Origin: Octopus vulgaris
Taxonomy: Eukaryota
Length of the DNA stretch: 64,000 nucleotides
Direction: 5' to 3'
NCBI GenBank assembly: GCA_951406725.2
Contig: OX597820.1
Coordinates: forward strand, 22,816,001 to 22,880,000
Shown here: piece after piece, positions 50,841 through 64,000 of the stretch
Numbering within the stretch: position 1 is the stretch's first letter
How the letters are laid out: each line of letters opens with the position of its first letter
Made by a program: the position numbers and the translations under genes
The notes under the pieces: model-generated
Seen by the model: only the letters and a program-made list of their open reading frames with translations
Told to the model about the DNA's origin: nothing
Databases searched by the model: none

Positions 50841-52309
50841 GTGCCAGATTTGACAAAGTTTCAACAGTTGGATGCCCTTTGTAATGCTAACCACTTACAG
50901 AGTGTGATGGGTGCTTTTTTTACATGCCACCAGCACAAGTGAGGTTGCAAAGAAACTTGTAAGACAGAAAAAACAAGCTCTCACTACTAAGTGGAGGGAG
51001 TATTCAAGAGGATACCAGGTGTTGAAAGGCAAAGTGTAATGTAGGAACACACATAGATGTCTTGCTATAGAGGAGATACAAGGCCAGTCCACATTGGGAG
51101 GAGTTGGGAAGGGAAAAAGATAGTACTGATGGAGTGCCAAAGCAAACTCTCAGAGTACAGGAATGTGAACAGAGAGGGGGTGTGGATAGCAGCTCAGGGG
51201 AGGGTACTTGAGTGTTAGGAAGTGATGGTTCGATGAATGGATGGATGGACAGACAAATGGATGGATAGAAAGAAGGATGAATAGATAGACAGATAAATAC
51301 ATACAGACATACATACAGACAGACATACATATATACAAACAAACAAACCCAAATAAAAGTACCTGTGTAAAGGGTATCAACATTTGTTCATAAATTAGTC
51401 ATGTTAATAATTTGTAGATGATGAATACTACAAACATTTGAAGACATTTTGAAAGATTTTACAAGAATTTTGATTGATTCAGTTTTAGCTTACATATTAG
51501 ACTAGAACAATAATGGAGAGAGAGAGTTGTGTTATCTCCAGAAACACCAAAATTGCATAGGGAATTCTTCTACAGAAATCCTCGTTCGTTAAGTACATCA
51601 CTTCTGAATGCTGTCACAAGATGGTGTTTTGTTTGTTTGTTTGTTTGTTTTCTTGCAAACACTTTCACACCTTCATATTAGATGACAAGACACAAAACGT
51701 TCAACAGCCTTTTGATACACAACCTAACAACTAAAAGACATTTTTCTTTTTCATTTTTAACAGATTTCAGGTTGTCCTTTTTTTTTTTTTTTTTTTTTGC
51801 TTGAAATTGTATTGCGACATTTGAATAAGAATTACAAAGAAAAACCACATTTATTAAATGCTTATTTTATGATTGTAAATTTAACGAGGTATTAAATGGG
51901 GAGTAGCTAGCTATATTTTCAAGCAAGTTGTATTGTAAACACAAGTATAGCTTGTTTATTAAAATTTTCTATCAAACCTTCAGATCTTAGCTTGTCACCA
52001 TTTAAAGTAACTACTGTACAGAAATTTCTGACAAGCCTGAATTTCCAAAGTTTAACACTCAATCTCAAAACTCTGTTTATATTGATGCATTCAACTTCTA
52101 GTCTAGAATGTATTATGTTCTCTGTTGGTTTTGCCTGATGTTGTCTATTATATTGGAGTACTACTAGTTACAAAGTCGTAAATGTATGCTGAAAGACCTG
52201 AGATTGTGTATTGTGCCTAACCCTTGCAATGTTGTATTAGTGATTAAAACATAAATACAATGTAATACTGGTTTTCAATTTTATGACTATTCTCTAATTT
52301 TATATTACA

Positions 52310-52597
52310 AGGACTATTGGACAAATGAATGAGTGTTACAACAAGTCCGTGAAAGACAACAACTCTTGAAACAAAAGCTCATCTATTAGGGTCATATTTG
52401 AAGAAGCAAACTTCTGGAAAACATTATCATAGAAGGAAGAGTAGGGGTGGTAGATCAAGAGGCAAGCAAAGAATTCAATGGATGGATAATATCACAAGCT
52501 GGTTGGTCAAGAGTGGCAAGGCAGCTGGAGAATTTGTGCTTAATCCATAAGACTTTTATAGTGTGTCATCAAAGCACTGCAGGAGTATGATGATGAA
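52310..52597 (+). mobile_element. 3' end of a decayed RTE (BovB-like) LINE
   Basis: KQKLIY*GHI*RSKLLENIIIEGRVG/RSRGKQRIQWMDNITSWL resembles the RTE C-terminal YFGH...EG.R.RGRQ..RW.D.I; ends in gatgatga. Confidence 0.75.
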
Positions 52598-53163
52598 TTA
52601 TGTGTGTGTGTGTGTGTGTTCATCAGTCCTCAGTCAAACCGTCCAACCCATGCCAGCATGGAAAGTAGACATTAAACGATGATGATGATCATCATCATCA
52701 TCTTGTGTGTGTAAGTATATATACGCACATGATATAGTCAATTAAATTTTATTATTTTGTAATTACATACACAAACATAAAATTATAATAAAAGTGAAAA
52801 TGAAAATAACAGTTACAGACGTTATAATATTGCTACAATAACTCTATAACATTGTAATGCTTAAGGCATGACATAATCTCAGATCAAACCATTTGCCAAA
52901 CAACAGAAATTCAAGAACTTTTAATATAAATAAGACTGGGTGTGTGAGGAGGATAATAACACAACATTTGTATTAGTTGCTGGGGGCACACTTTATTGAT
53001 CGTGTGTGAGAGAGAGAGAGAGTGTTTGTGTGCATAGTCTCTTCTTTCTCAAATGAGTATGTCTACCTGATTTTAACTGAAGTTTTAATCTCTACAGTAT
53101 GTCACATGTTCCACAGATTAGTTGTGAGCTGGTTAGCAAGCACTCCAGTCAGACTGCTTCTTA

Positions 53164-53393
53164 GGGTGGCGAGCTGGCAGAAACGTTAGCACGCTGGGTG
53201 AAATGCGTAGCCGTATTTCATCTGCCGTTACATTCTGAGTTCAAATTCCGCCGAGGTCGACTTTGCCTTTCATCCTTTCGGGGTCGATAAATTAAGTACC
53301 AGTTACGCACTGGGGTCGATGTAATCGACTTAATCCGTTTGTCTGTCCTTGTTTATCCCCTCTATGTTTAGCCCCTTGTGGGTAATAAAGAAA
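53164..53393 (+). mobile_element. Young full-length family B SINE with 16-bp TSD
   Basis: CpG-rich, near consensus; TSD cagtcaga(c/g)tgcttct at 53146-53161 and 53394-53409. Confidence 0.92.
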
Positions 53394-55179
53394 CAGTCAG
53401 AGTGCTTCTAATTTCCAACATAGAACGCAAGCATATCTTGACTGGAACCGTTTTCAACAAGAATTCATGCAAATTCAATAAACTATAAACTAGTTATGGA
53501 CAAACTACAGCTCATTTCTGGTACCCAACATAAAAAAACCCACCTTTAATTTTTATAGTAGTTTGGCTCACCTGATGATGAACCATGTTTTAAGCACCTG
53601 CTTCTTAAAAAAGGTTACCTCATGCCCTTCATTTTTAATGCAACTGATATTAAACATTATACCCATGCAAACACTAAATTAAAGCAAAAAAGAGCAACAA
53701 CAAAAAACCCAGCAGACCCTCTAACAAACCTAGAACCATATACCTAACAACTGTGTTACTTTAGGTAGCAGTAGGGGTTAGTTGTTTATTTTTTATCTTT
53801 TATTTATCAAATCAATGATTACATGTATATAATCTATAAAAATTGATGCTAAAAATTTTATCCATTAATCCACATATTTTTTTACATTTACCTATTTTAC
53901 GCATTGGACAGTGGCTATGCTGGGGCACAGCATTCAAGGGTTTTAATTGATCATAGCAACAACCCGTACTTATTTCAGTCTAGTACTTATTTTATCAATC
54001 CCTGTTTGTTGAGTGGCTCAGATACAAAGAAACACATCTGAGTACATTGGCTTATACCTGTGTGTGTGTGTGGGGGGGTTGTAGTCTTGCAATCAGCTGG
54101 CAGCCTCACTAATGCTGGTAGCACTAAAAAAGTACCCAGTGCACATTGTAAAGTGGCTGACATTAGGAAGGGCATCCAGCTGTAGAAACCACATCAATGC
54201 TGACACTGGAACACATGCAGTCCCTGAGCTCATTGGATCTTGTCAAAGTACCCAACCCATGCCAGCATGAAATGTGCTGCAGAGTTTCCATCAACTAAAG
54301 TTCACACATGTGATATCAATCAACCCAAGACACTTGCCCAAAGTGCTATGCAATTGGATGAAATCCAGAGTCATGTGGCTCAAAAGCAACTCTCTTAGCT
54401 AATGCAATTGAGCCTACACTTACGGGTTAAGTATAACTCAACAACTATATTAACAACACATAACAATTACACTTAGCCAGATTATCTACGTGCAGAAGAT
54501 TATTATTTGTTATTCTCAAAAATTCAAATTTTTATATAACTAGAGTTTTAACTTCAGTAATGATTATGAAATTATCTCTTTGAAAAATCATAATTGTATG
54601 AATTTAATGTAGTTAAATGTTTCACAGAATCAAAGTTATATTCCCATTTAAAACATGAATTAAAAGTAAAGGAAAAAAAGAAAGAAAGAAATCAGATGCT
54701 CTCATAGAATCAGAAATAAACCTTTGTGTATGATTTATTTCTTGGAGTAACATTTTAGAAAATTCATTTCTATACAAGAGTAATCACATCGAGACAGATA
54801 TAAAAGATATAAAAAAAAATAATAATAATGACTGCATTAGTTATAATCCATTAATGTAGAAATATTAGTTAATCATACTGTCTGATATGAATACTTAAAA
54901 TGTTAATACAGCTGTTAAATTAGAATATTAAACCAGTTGATATTGCACAACTAAGCTTGGTGAATTCTGGAGACAGATATATCGATGAAGAATAGAAGCA
55001 GAAAGAAGAGAAGACTGCTCAGTTGCAACTATTCCAATATTGACACAAAACAAATGATATTCTGACGTGGGGGATTTTTCAGTTGATCTTTGTGAAAATT
55101 ATGCACTTAGTTTAAACATATTAATCCTAGAGAATCATTGTGAGAATATTTCAAGTAATAAATATGTAACTGAAAAAAG

Positions 55180-55715
55180 TACCATATTTTCCGGTCTATA
55201 AAACAGATTGGTATTTAAGCTGCAGGACCGAATTTGGGGGTAAATTTTGGTTTTATCTACACATGAAATGCACCAGTGTCTAAAAGACCTTTATAGCTAC
55301 AGGTCTGCAGCTAGCTTTTTTGTTGTTGCCGTGTGTGTAGTTTCAAAATGCCTTATTTTACAACTATGATATGTATTGTTATTATTATGATTTTATCTTA
55401 CTATAATCAACAACAAACATATTCATCACTATTAAAGTCTTTATTAGATTAAAAATAACATTATCAAAACATGAAGGTAAAAAAACAAATATGCTTTGTT
55501 TTCTTCTGGGCACAACGTACTGTAGTCTTTCACGTTGTTAACCGACCGACCTTTCCTCTGAAAAATATCAGTGGAATCATTCGATCTCCATACACAAATT
55601 ATTTTTCTCCTGAAACTTATAAAAAATACACACATTAGGTAGACCTTTCTATAAGCTGCACACTTAATTTCCTAGGTAAAAAAAAATAGCAGCTTATACA
55701 CCAAAAAATATGGTA
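55180..55715. mobile_element. pogo/Tc2-like non-autonomous DNA transposon
   Basis: ta|ccatattttccggtctataa ... ttatacaccaaaaaatatgg|ta, imperfect TIRs with TA TSD. Confidence 0.75.
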
Positions 55716-56789
55716 TACAAAGTTTATTTATAAAACGATCTATATTTTTGTGTGTATAAAATCTATGAATGTTATTACAGCTTTTTTGGAAATATGCAAA
55801 TAATTGCTATAAAGGAATAATTTGAAATCAACGGAGCCAGAGAAAGAGAGACAGCATTCAGTTCACTGGTAGAATACATTGTACTGCAACCAACAACTTA
55901 TTTTCAATTTTCCGTTACTATATTTTGCAAATTCAACATATGCAGACAAATGGCTGCTTGCATAATCCTCTCTGGATCAAATGCTTAAATTTAGATAGGC
56001 TAAGAACCAGAATACAATTGTTATTCAAATAGAAAAACATTTAACAAATATTTAAACGTTGCCAATATATTACATAGAAGGATTAATAGAGTAGACAACC
56101 AAAGACAAAAACAAAATCTTGATAGCAATTAGATCCAATAAAACTCCTTGCTCATAGAACTAAGTTATTTCTTTGAGGCTAGGATGCAACAAACAGATTA
56201 TATCTGATGGTTGTTTATGAAAAGAATTTTTCCTCTCAATAAAAGTAAGAAATTCATACTGAAGTTTACTGCATTAATACTAAAAGGTAAACCTACAAGA
56301 ATTCAGAAATTAAAGATTGAATTGTCTACAACATGAATTCTCAACAAAATATTCTTTATATAAACATTTATATAAAGAAACTGGCATATTCAGTCATTTG
56401 ATATCTATTGATTACTACATTGTGTCAGTAGTTGATAAGATAATTAAACAAACCTACAGGAAGATAAGGAACTTTATATTGCAAAATATAGATGTATTCT
56501 GCAGTTTTCAGAATATTTAGATTATCAAACTGATATGAAAGTAACAGAATAATTAACATGTGCACACTAGTGACATGAAATTTCATCCAAATATTATTAT
56601 AAATTTAGTGTAGGATAATTAAAGTTCCAAGTGACGATCATCCAATGTTATAACCAATTGTTCTGTAATATATCAGTTATTACTAAGAGATAGAGACATG
56701 AAGATAGAATTTAGTTATTATTGCTCCAGATCAATCAGACATGATAGAACAGATCAAATGACTTTCATCTGTGGTCATCTCCAATCTTC

Positions 56790-56953
56790 TTTTGGACACC
56801 ACCAAATGATCCTCCTGTGAAGGTATACATCAACCAGTCAACGGATCACACTGGATATCACTGACAAGAACTATTACAAACATTGGATAATAAAGATTAA
56901 CTGAAGGATCAGGATCATGGAAATTCGAGCAAACACAACCTGATGGTGATGAC
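56790..56953 (+). mobile_element. 3' end of a decayed RTE-like LINE
   Basis: PVKVYINQSTDHTGY...ELLQTLDNKD...IMEIRANTT* followed by a tgatggtgatga tail. Confidence 0.55.
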
Positions 56954-59900
56954 AATATTCTGAATTCAAATTCCGCTAAGGTCGACTTTACCATTCATCC
57001 TTTTGGGGGTCGATAAATTAAGTACCAGTTGCATACTGGGGTCGATCTAATTGACTGATACCCCCCACCCACCCAAGATTTCGGGCCTCGTGCCTAGAGT
57101 AGAAAAGAATAATGGGAATACTATAACTCAGACATTATCCAATGCATCCTTTCTTTTCAAGTGGTAAAATTATGATTTGAGATAGGGATGGTAGCCGGTC
57201 AAGAGACCCTGTGGAGACTTGCTCATCAACTTATGATTATTGCCTTTGTATGGCTTATCCTCTTAAACTCTTTTGCTTGTTTCAGTCATTGGACTGCAGT
57301 CATACTGGGGTACCACCTCAAAAGATTTTAATCTTCTTGTGTGCATAAATGGGTACCAGGTGTGGAAATATTAACTGCCACAGATTGACAGGTATTTGGC
57401 AGTGATGAAGTTCTATCTTTTGTCTCTTTTATGCTAACAGACTGGAACTAAATGTTGACTAGTGATAAATTTCCACAATTATAAGAGACATATTTCTTTA
57501 CCATTTTTATTTTCTCAAGCTCTAGGACTCTTAAGGCTGGTTACCTGGTTTCCATGGCATATAATGTGATCAAGTTCAAGGCCAGCAATTTTTGAGAGGA
57601 GAAGGAAAAAAATCAATATCAATTGATTCCAGCACTTGACTAGTACTATATTTTTCTCAACCTCAAAGGGACGAAAAGGATTTGAACCCAGAATGTAGAC
57701 AGCCAGAAGAAATGCCACTAAGAAATACCACATTTTGTCGAATGTACTAAAAAATCCTGCCAACTCACTGCACTTATCTAATCTATTACTAATCTCTATT
57801 TTATCAATGTAGTGGTTGCATTAAGCTGGATAGAATAAAATTGTAGAGCATAAAAAAAAAATTTAAATAAATAAAAATCAGAAAAGTATTATTGCACTTC
57901 CTTTTCTCCCAGACAACCAACTGCATACAAAAGATTTTAAACATAAAACTGCACTCAATGCACATTAGTGCATTTGTTAAATTAGAATTATCCTTCAGTC
58001 TGAAATTTTTGCCAATTTCAGTTCTCGTATTTCTAGTATTTAAATTTGTAAGTAGATACATTAAGGCCGCTGTCAATATAGAACTGATAATATAAGATTG
58101 TAAGAGACTTTTATTACAAATATCAAACTACAAGCTAAATTTACTGGCACAAGTCCATCTCAGAGAATGAACTAAAACAGTAGATGACATCATAAGCAAA
58201 AAATAATTCATGAGTAAAAAGACTAATCTTGGCAGAAATTCAAGCAACAAATTTTTTTATCCAAAGTATGCAACCAGGAGGTGAAAGAACTGAAAAGAGT
58301 TCCACTACCAGATCTTACACAATGAGTCTTTATAAGCTTATCTACTATGAAATTATATTTGTTTATGTATTTAATTTATTTATCTACAAGCTTTACTTAA
58401 CCAATCATAAAATACTTTCTGTCAAAAGATATGCATGAATATAAATTAAGGTCTGTAATTTAAATACGCAAGCAGGATTTCTTTTGCTTTCCTACGGAAA
58501 CATCAAGTTTATGAAAATAAATATAGATTACAAAAATAACATAATTTCAAAATTAGTTAAGAAGAGAAACAAAAGCAGATATTGTCTCAAACTCAAAATA
58601 TTTTAATGCTCGAATAATGTCATTTATTAAAAAAAAAAAGTTGAAACAAATAAAATGATTAGCTAAAATATAGAAGGCAACAGCCAAACAGTTCTTAATG
58701 TTGAACAAAGGGTTTAATAAGTTAATGTGTGTTTTACACTTTTTTGAAACTCAACTAAATACAACACACAAAATTATTCTAAAACAAAATTACTCATTGC
58801 AGCGTTCACACAAGACCTTCATTTGTTTCAGCATGTGTACACATAGTGCACATGTGCATTTAAAAATGCATGTTTACACATTGTGCACACATGCATTTAA
58901 TAATGCGCTGCTAAATAATAGTGCAAGCAATTTATGAAATCCTTTTCCTGGGTTGATATCATTTAATATTGAAGCTAACCTTATGGTATGTTAACATGAA
59001 GAAACAACTTATGCAATATCAATGCATTATTTCACAAGCTGTAGTAATCTGAAAGCAATTTCCAATGCAATCTGTCACAAATTCTGCAATTATGCATCAT
59101 TGTAACAACAGCTGCAACAAGTTATGGTTGTTTTTGACAGTAAGAAGGACAACTAAACTTTAAAACATTTATATATACATGATTAAAATATTCATTTACA
59201 TAGTAAGACAATCTGTTAGGTGTTGAATTCGATAAGGAAAATATAAACATACACTGGCATAGTTAATTATAATTTCAGAACACTTAATAAAAGATGCTTT
59301 GTGAGACGAAACACTTCCTTTTATGCTTCATATAATTTTACCCAGGAATAATTTATCAATCTTCAGCGTGGGCTAAAATTTCATTTCTTAAGCCACTATT
59401 ATGTAAACTGTATCAGTATATTTTTTTTATCGTTTATCTTTTACTTCTTTCGGTCATTGGACTGCAGCCATGCTGGCACACCACCTTAAAGGGTTTACTT
59501 GAACAAATCAAAGCCAGTACTTATTTTGAGTTAAGCACTTATTCTATTGGTCTTTTTTTTAACAAAATGCTAAATTGAAGGGATGTAAACAAACCCACAC
59601 CAGCTGTCAACAGGTCATGGGAGACAGGCATAAACACGCACAAGCATATATAAAACCAGTTTCCACACAGTTTCTATCAATCAAAGGGAACTTCTTATCC
59701 ATACAGCCATACATGCTCTCTATGTTTATATACTTTTTAGTCTAACTTTTGTTTTTTATATAAATTTCTCCAACAATTACAGATAAATGAAAAAAAAAAA
59801 CCCAAAAAACAAATCTAATTTAGATTTCATACATTACTAAAACTATCTCATAGATTATGTTACCCTCAGCACTGCCAATAATGCTAATCTTCAGTATTTT

Positions 59901-62900
59901 AATAAGCACTTCTTTCTGTTGGCATCACAAGATGAATTTACACAACAGCCTGTATCTCATTAAATTTAATTCCACACTGTCTTTAAGACCCAAGATTTGA
60001 CCTCTGTTATAATCCACCCATGTATAATATTCCAATGTAAAAGGTGACTACATCATCGCATAACTAATATCTACAACACCCAATGAATCTTATTTCACTC
60101 TCCATCCTTTCAGATATCAATTCACTACACTTTATTCCACCTACTTTGTACCCCTAGAAGCTGTAATAATGGGAACGACAAACACAAAAGCAAATAAATA
60201 AGAGAAGTTATCTAATTTCACCAAGCCCTCACAGTACATGATACATAGTCTTCATCCGTCATGCTTCATTGCTTGTCTGAGAACATGACACAGCTGAAAT
60301 CTTTGTCAGTCTTCCAAAGTTCCCTTACACCTCTTTATGCACCCAGTAATTGCACCCTCGACATAGAACTGAATTCTTATGAACATTCCTACATTCTCAT
60401 CACAATAATTTCCTTTACCATCTTCTGTGGCACTACTCACTAGGGTGCGGTAAAGGATACCATTTACCCATTTATGCTTCATACCATATCCTTAAGTCTG
60501 TCCCTCATCACCTGCTCCTTCTCCCTGACTCACTCTTATTTCCTTACTCCACTTTCCCTCCCACAAACCAATGTTCGCTACATCCACCTCAATCTCCATT
60601 TCCAATCATTCATCACACTTTCCACACTTTAGTGCACTTACCTACTCATCCACCTTTTCTGTCCCTCTATCCCTATTCTCTATCTCATATTCACCTTCTG
60701 ACTTGACCTCATCTCTCTCTCTCTCTCCCTCATCCCCTCTTTCCAGAGAAAGACATTATGTATTCACCTCTTCAGTAAGACACCTGGTCCAGCCTCTCTA
60801 CCATACTCTCACATCCCTCAGTACTATACTCTACTCAGTTGGGTTGAGGTCCTGACTTTCAAGAGTACAAGTTAAGTTTATCAATGTTGTTACCACAAAA
60901 AAAAAAAAGTACCCAGTACACTCTGTAAAGTGGTTAATGCTAGAAAGAGGGTCAAGCAGTAGAGACCATGTCCAAGCAGATGTGGGGACTCGGCGCTGTC
61001 CTCTGATTCATCAGTTCCTATCAAACCATTCAACCCATGTCAGCATGGAAAAAGCAACATTAAATATTGATGACAATGATGAAACTAACATTTTATTGCT
61101 ATGTCCCTTGACTCAAGATCCTTCAGGTAAATTTTATGTTTCACAAGCAGCTACTCAACTGAACAATTAACATTAGATCATTTGTATACATGAGCCACCA
61201 TAAAATAACTGGAGCTGAAATACATTTAAGTGTCTCAAACACAAAATTTGCACCAATTTCACCAATAACTACCTGGACCTCCTTATCATATAAACCACTA
61301 ATCCAAGCTCAATTCGTAGCTACTTCAATTCATATCCACTCTGAAAGCAAAGCCTGTAAACCTGCATCAGTTCTTGGTTCCAACTATTTATGCCTATGAA
61401 TCAAATCACAGCTTAAAATACCATGATTCTGCCAGGCTAACATTTTTTTCTTTTAATTTTTTTTCATTATTTTTAGTATTAAGTCAGAGGAGAAGGGTGG
61501 ACCACGTGTTCTTTGCAGGACTTTCTATACTAATTAAGCCTTTTGTTACCATATTTCTATTGAAATACACTGCCATTGTTTCAATAAATTTCCCCTTTAT
61601 GTCCTGACATTGTTTATGTGCTGTGTAAAGATTATGTCACTGTACAGCAGTTGCTGTTTAACTTTGCTGCAAAAACAGGCTTGGCCATTGAATAGTTCAT
61701 AATTCAAAAGACCAAGGAAAGAATAACTACTTTACTTGTGAACAAGTGAGGATTGGTAACAGGAAGAACATGCAGCATTTTGGATTGTGTGCGGTTGATG
61801 AGACAGAGCAGGGATCACAAATAACAGTGAGATATTAATGCACAGAAGGAAGAAAGTGGGTGATGATATATCCTAGCTCTGATGTATACCACAACTGATA
61901 AAGTGTGGGTTGAAAAGAGCCCAGAAGGTAATGGAACAAGTCTTCTCAGAAACTTTTGATCTCAGAAACATGAGGCAAAAGGATCTCACAGACAAGCAAC
62001 TTAGTAACTGATATCCAATGTAACAAAAGGATGCAACTACTGATAACAAACATACAAGATCAGGTCTTTCATATCTCAAGTTTTATGGAAATTGTCACAA
62101 AGATCATCATCATCATCATTCAATGTCCGTTTTCCATGCTGGACATATAGCTATTTATAAATGTTCCCATTTATAATTTGAGATATTGGCAGTAAAGATG
62201 ATAAGATTGTTAATTGATGGAGGGGTTACAAATAGGACAGAGCTGTGCATTTATATACAAGACAAGGTATTTAGAACACATGGAACTTGGGGTCTGGTTT
62301 ATTTATGATACACTCAATAAAGATGAAACCATTAGTGATACCATTTCAACAACCATATCTGCATTTTGATTTCTTTTCTTTCTCTTTATTTTTTTTTAAA
62401 TCATGCACAAACAATACTTTCTTTTTAACTAATGGCATTAGGAAGAGCATCCAGCTGTAGAAAATTTGCAGATCAGATTGAGCCTGGTGCAGCCTTCTGG
62501 CTCACCAGTCCTCAGTCAAACCGTCCAACCCATGCAAGCATGGAAATGCGGACATTAAACAACGACGACGACTTTCGTTACCATATTGCTATCAACATGC
62601 TCTGCTTTTGTTTCAACTGATTTTGAACATAATGAAGACTTCAATAAAATAACTGTCATAATTAAGCTAGTATTTGTAATGTAAATTGACAAGATGCTTG
62701 GAAGGTTTCAATTTAAAACACTTTAAAACCAGAAGTTTGTATTCTAGAATCAAAGGCTCTCAGGCAGGTTGGTATCAAAAGGGTTAAACAACGAACTTAT
62801 TTTTCATCATCATCATTTAACACTCATCTTCCATGCATGCATGGGTAAGACAGTTCACAGGAGCTGGCCAGGTAGAAAAACTACCCTATGCTACTCTGTC

Positions 62901-63562
62901 TGTTTTGGCAGGGTTTTTATAGTTGGATGCTATTCCTTACACCAAATACTCTGCAGAATGAACTCAGTACAAGCACAGGCAAGGTTAGTTTTGACATGAT
63001 TTTTACAGATGGACACCTTCCAAATGCCAACCACTTTACAGTGTAGACTGGATGCTTTTTATATGGCACCAGCACTGGCAGGGTCACCAAGTAACTCACA
63101 AGATAAGGAATTATGAGAAGGGCAGGGGCATTTGAGAAAGGGAACTTGTGTCAGAGGATGACAGGTTAGAGGGTGACAAAGAGACAGAGGGACAGAAACA
63201 GGTGTCTTGCTATAACTGAATTTGATACTAATGGGTTTTATAAATTAAAAGGTAATATACAGAACAGAGAAACTTGGTAACAAGTCTGAGCATGTAACTG
63301 TTATATATCAAATATTCATGTTTATCAAATCTGTAATATATAAAATTTTTTTAGTTGCACATATTCGCACATTTTACCTTATTTGAAAACTTCTGGGTAG
63401 TTGTCAGAAGTTGATATTTCACATATAATGTATTGATATATTAATAGTAAAGTTTAAAACTATTTTATTGATTCCATTCAATCTTTTCTTTGATTTTTAC
63501 CCAGGAAAAGAAAGTCATAAACAGAGTAACATAGAAGTAATATTAAAATTTAAATTAAATCA

Positions 63563-63757
<195 letters not shown>

Positions 63758-64000
63758 TTATAATTATTTTTATCATTATTATTATTATTACTGATAATTA
63801 ATTAGAGGTAGGTACTATTCAGCTGCAATGAATCATTAATAAAGAGAGTCAATGGTCAGGCTTCAATTCATAGCTGAAATCATTTCACAAACATCACATA
63901 CACCCCTGGAAAGACATAAACACAGTAACTCCACATCCTCAAAATTTGAGGATTTTTGTAATATAAGAAAACATCATCAAAAAGTAAAATATATAAAAAA

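Noticed and set aside
57548-57561. Partial X-box gtttccatggcata
   Set aside because: The right half-site is broken; likely chance.
59990-60430. Possible coding relic
   Set aside because: No motif I could recognise in any frame; left unassigned.

Overview
AT-rich eukaryotic DNA dense in microsatellites and SINEs; the repeat families look octopus-like (inference, no search run). The window lies inside one minus-strand gene, liprin-alpha (PPFIA/SYD-2 family). Three phase-0 coding exons of its N-terminal coiled coil are visible (63733-63569, 35043-34969, 8722-8594); the ORF track misses all three. The introns hold tRNA-derived SINEs (some in tandem arrays), a decayed Ty3/gypsy gag-pol, RTE and other LINE ends, an internally inverted mariner fragment, and hAT-, piggyBac- and pogo-like MITEs. 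The best lead is a set of candidate frame-preserving microexons (3-21 nt) in the 26 kb intron, all splicing into one coiled-coil junction. Several non-TE dsRNA structures (a 59-bp inverted repeat, a 54-bp hairpin) and templated-insertion scars also stand out. Microexon and editing calls come from sequence signals only and need RNA-seq. Almost all listed ORFs are spurious. SINE and LINE boundaries are approximate.
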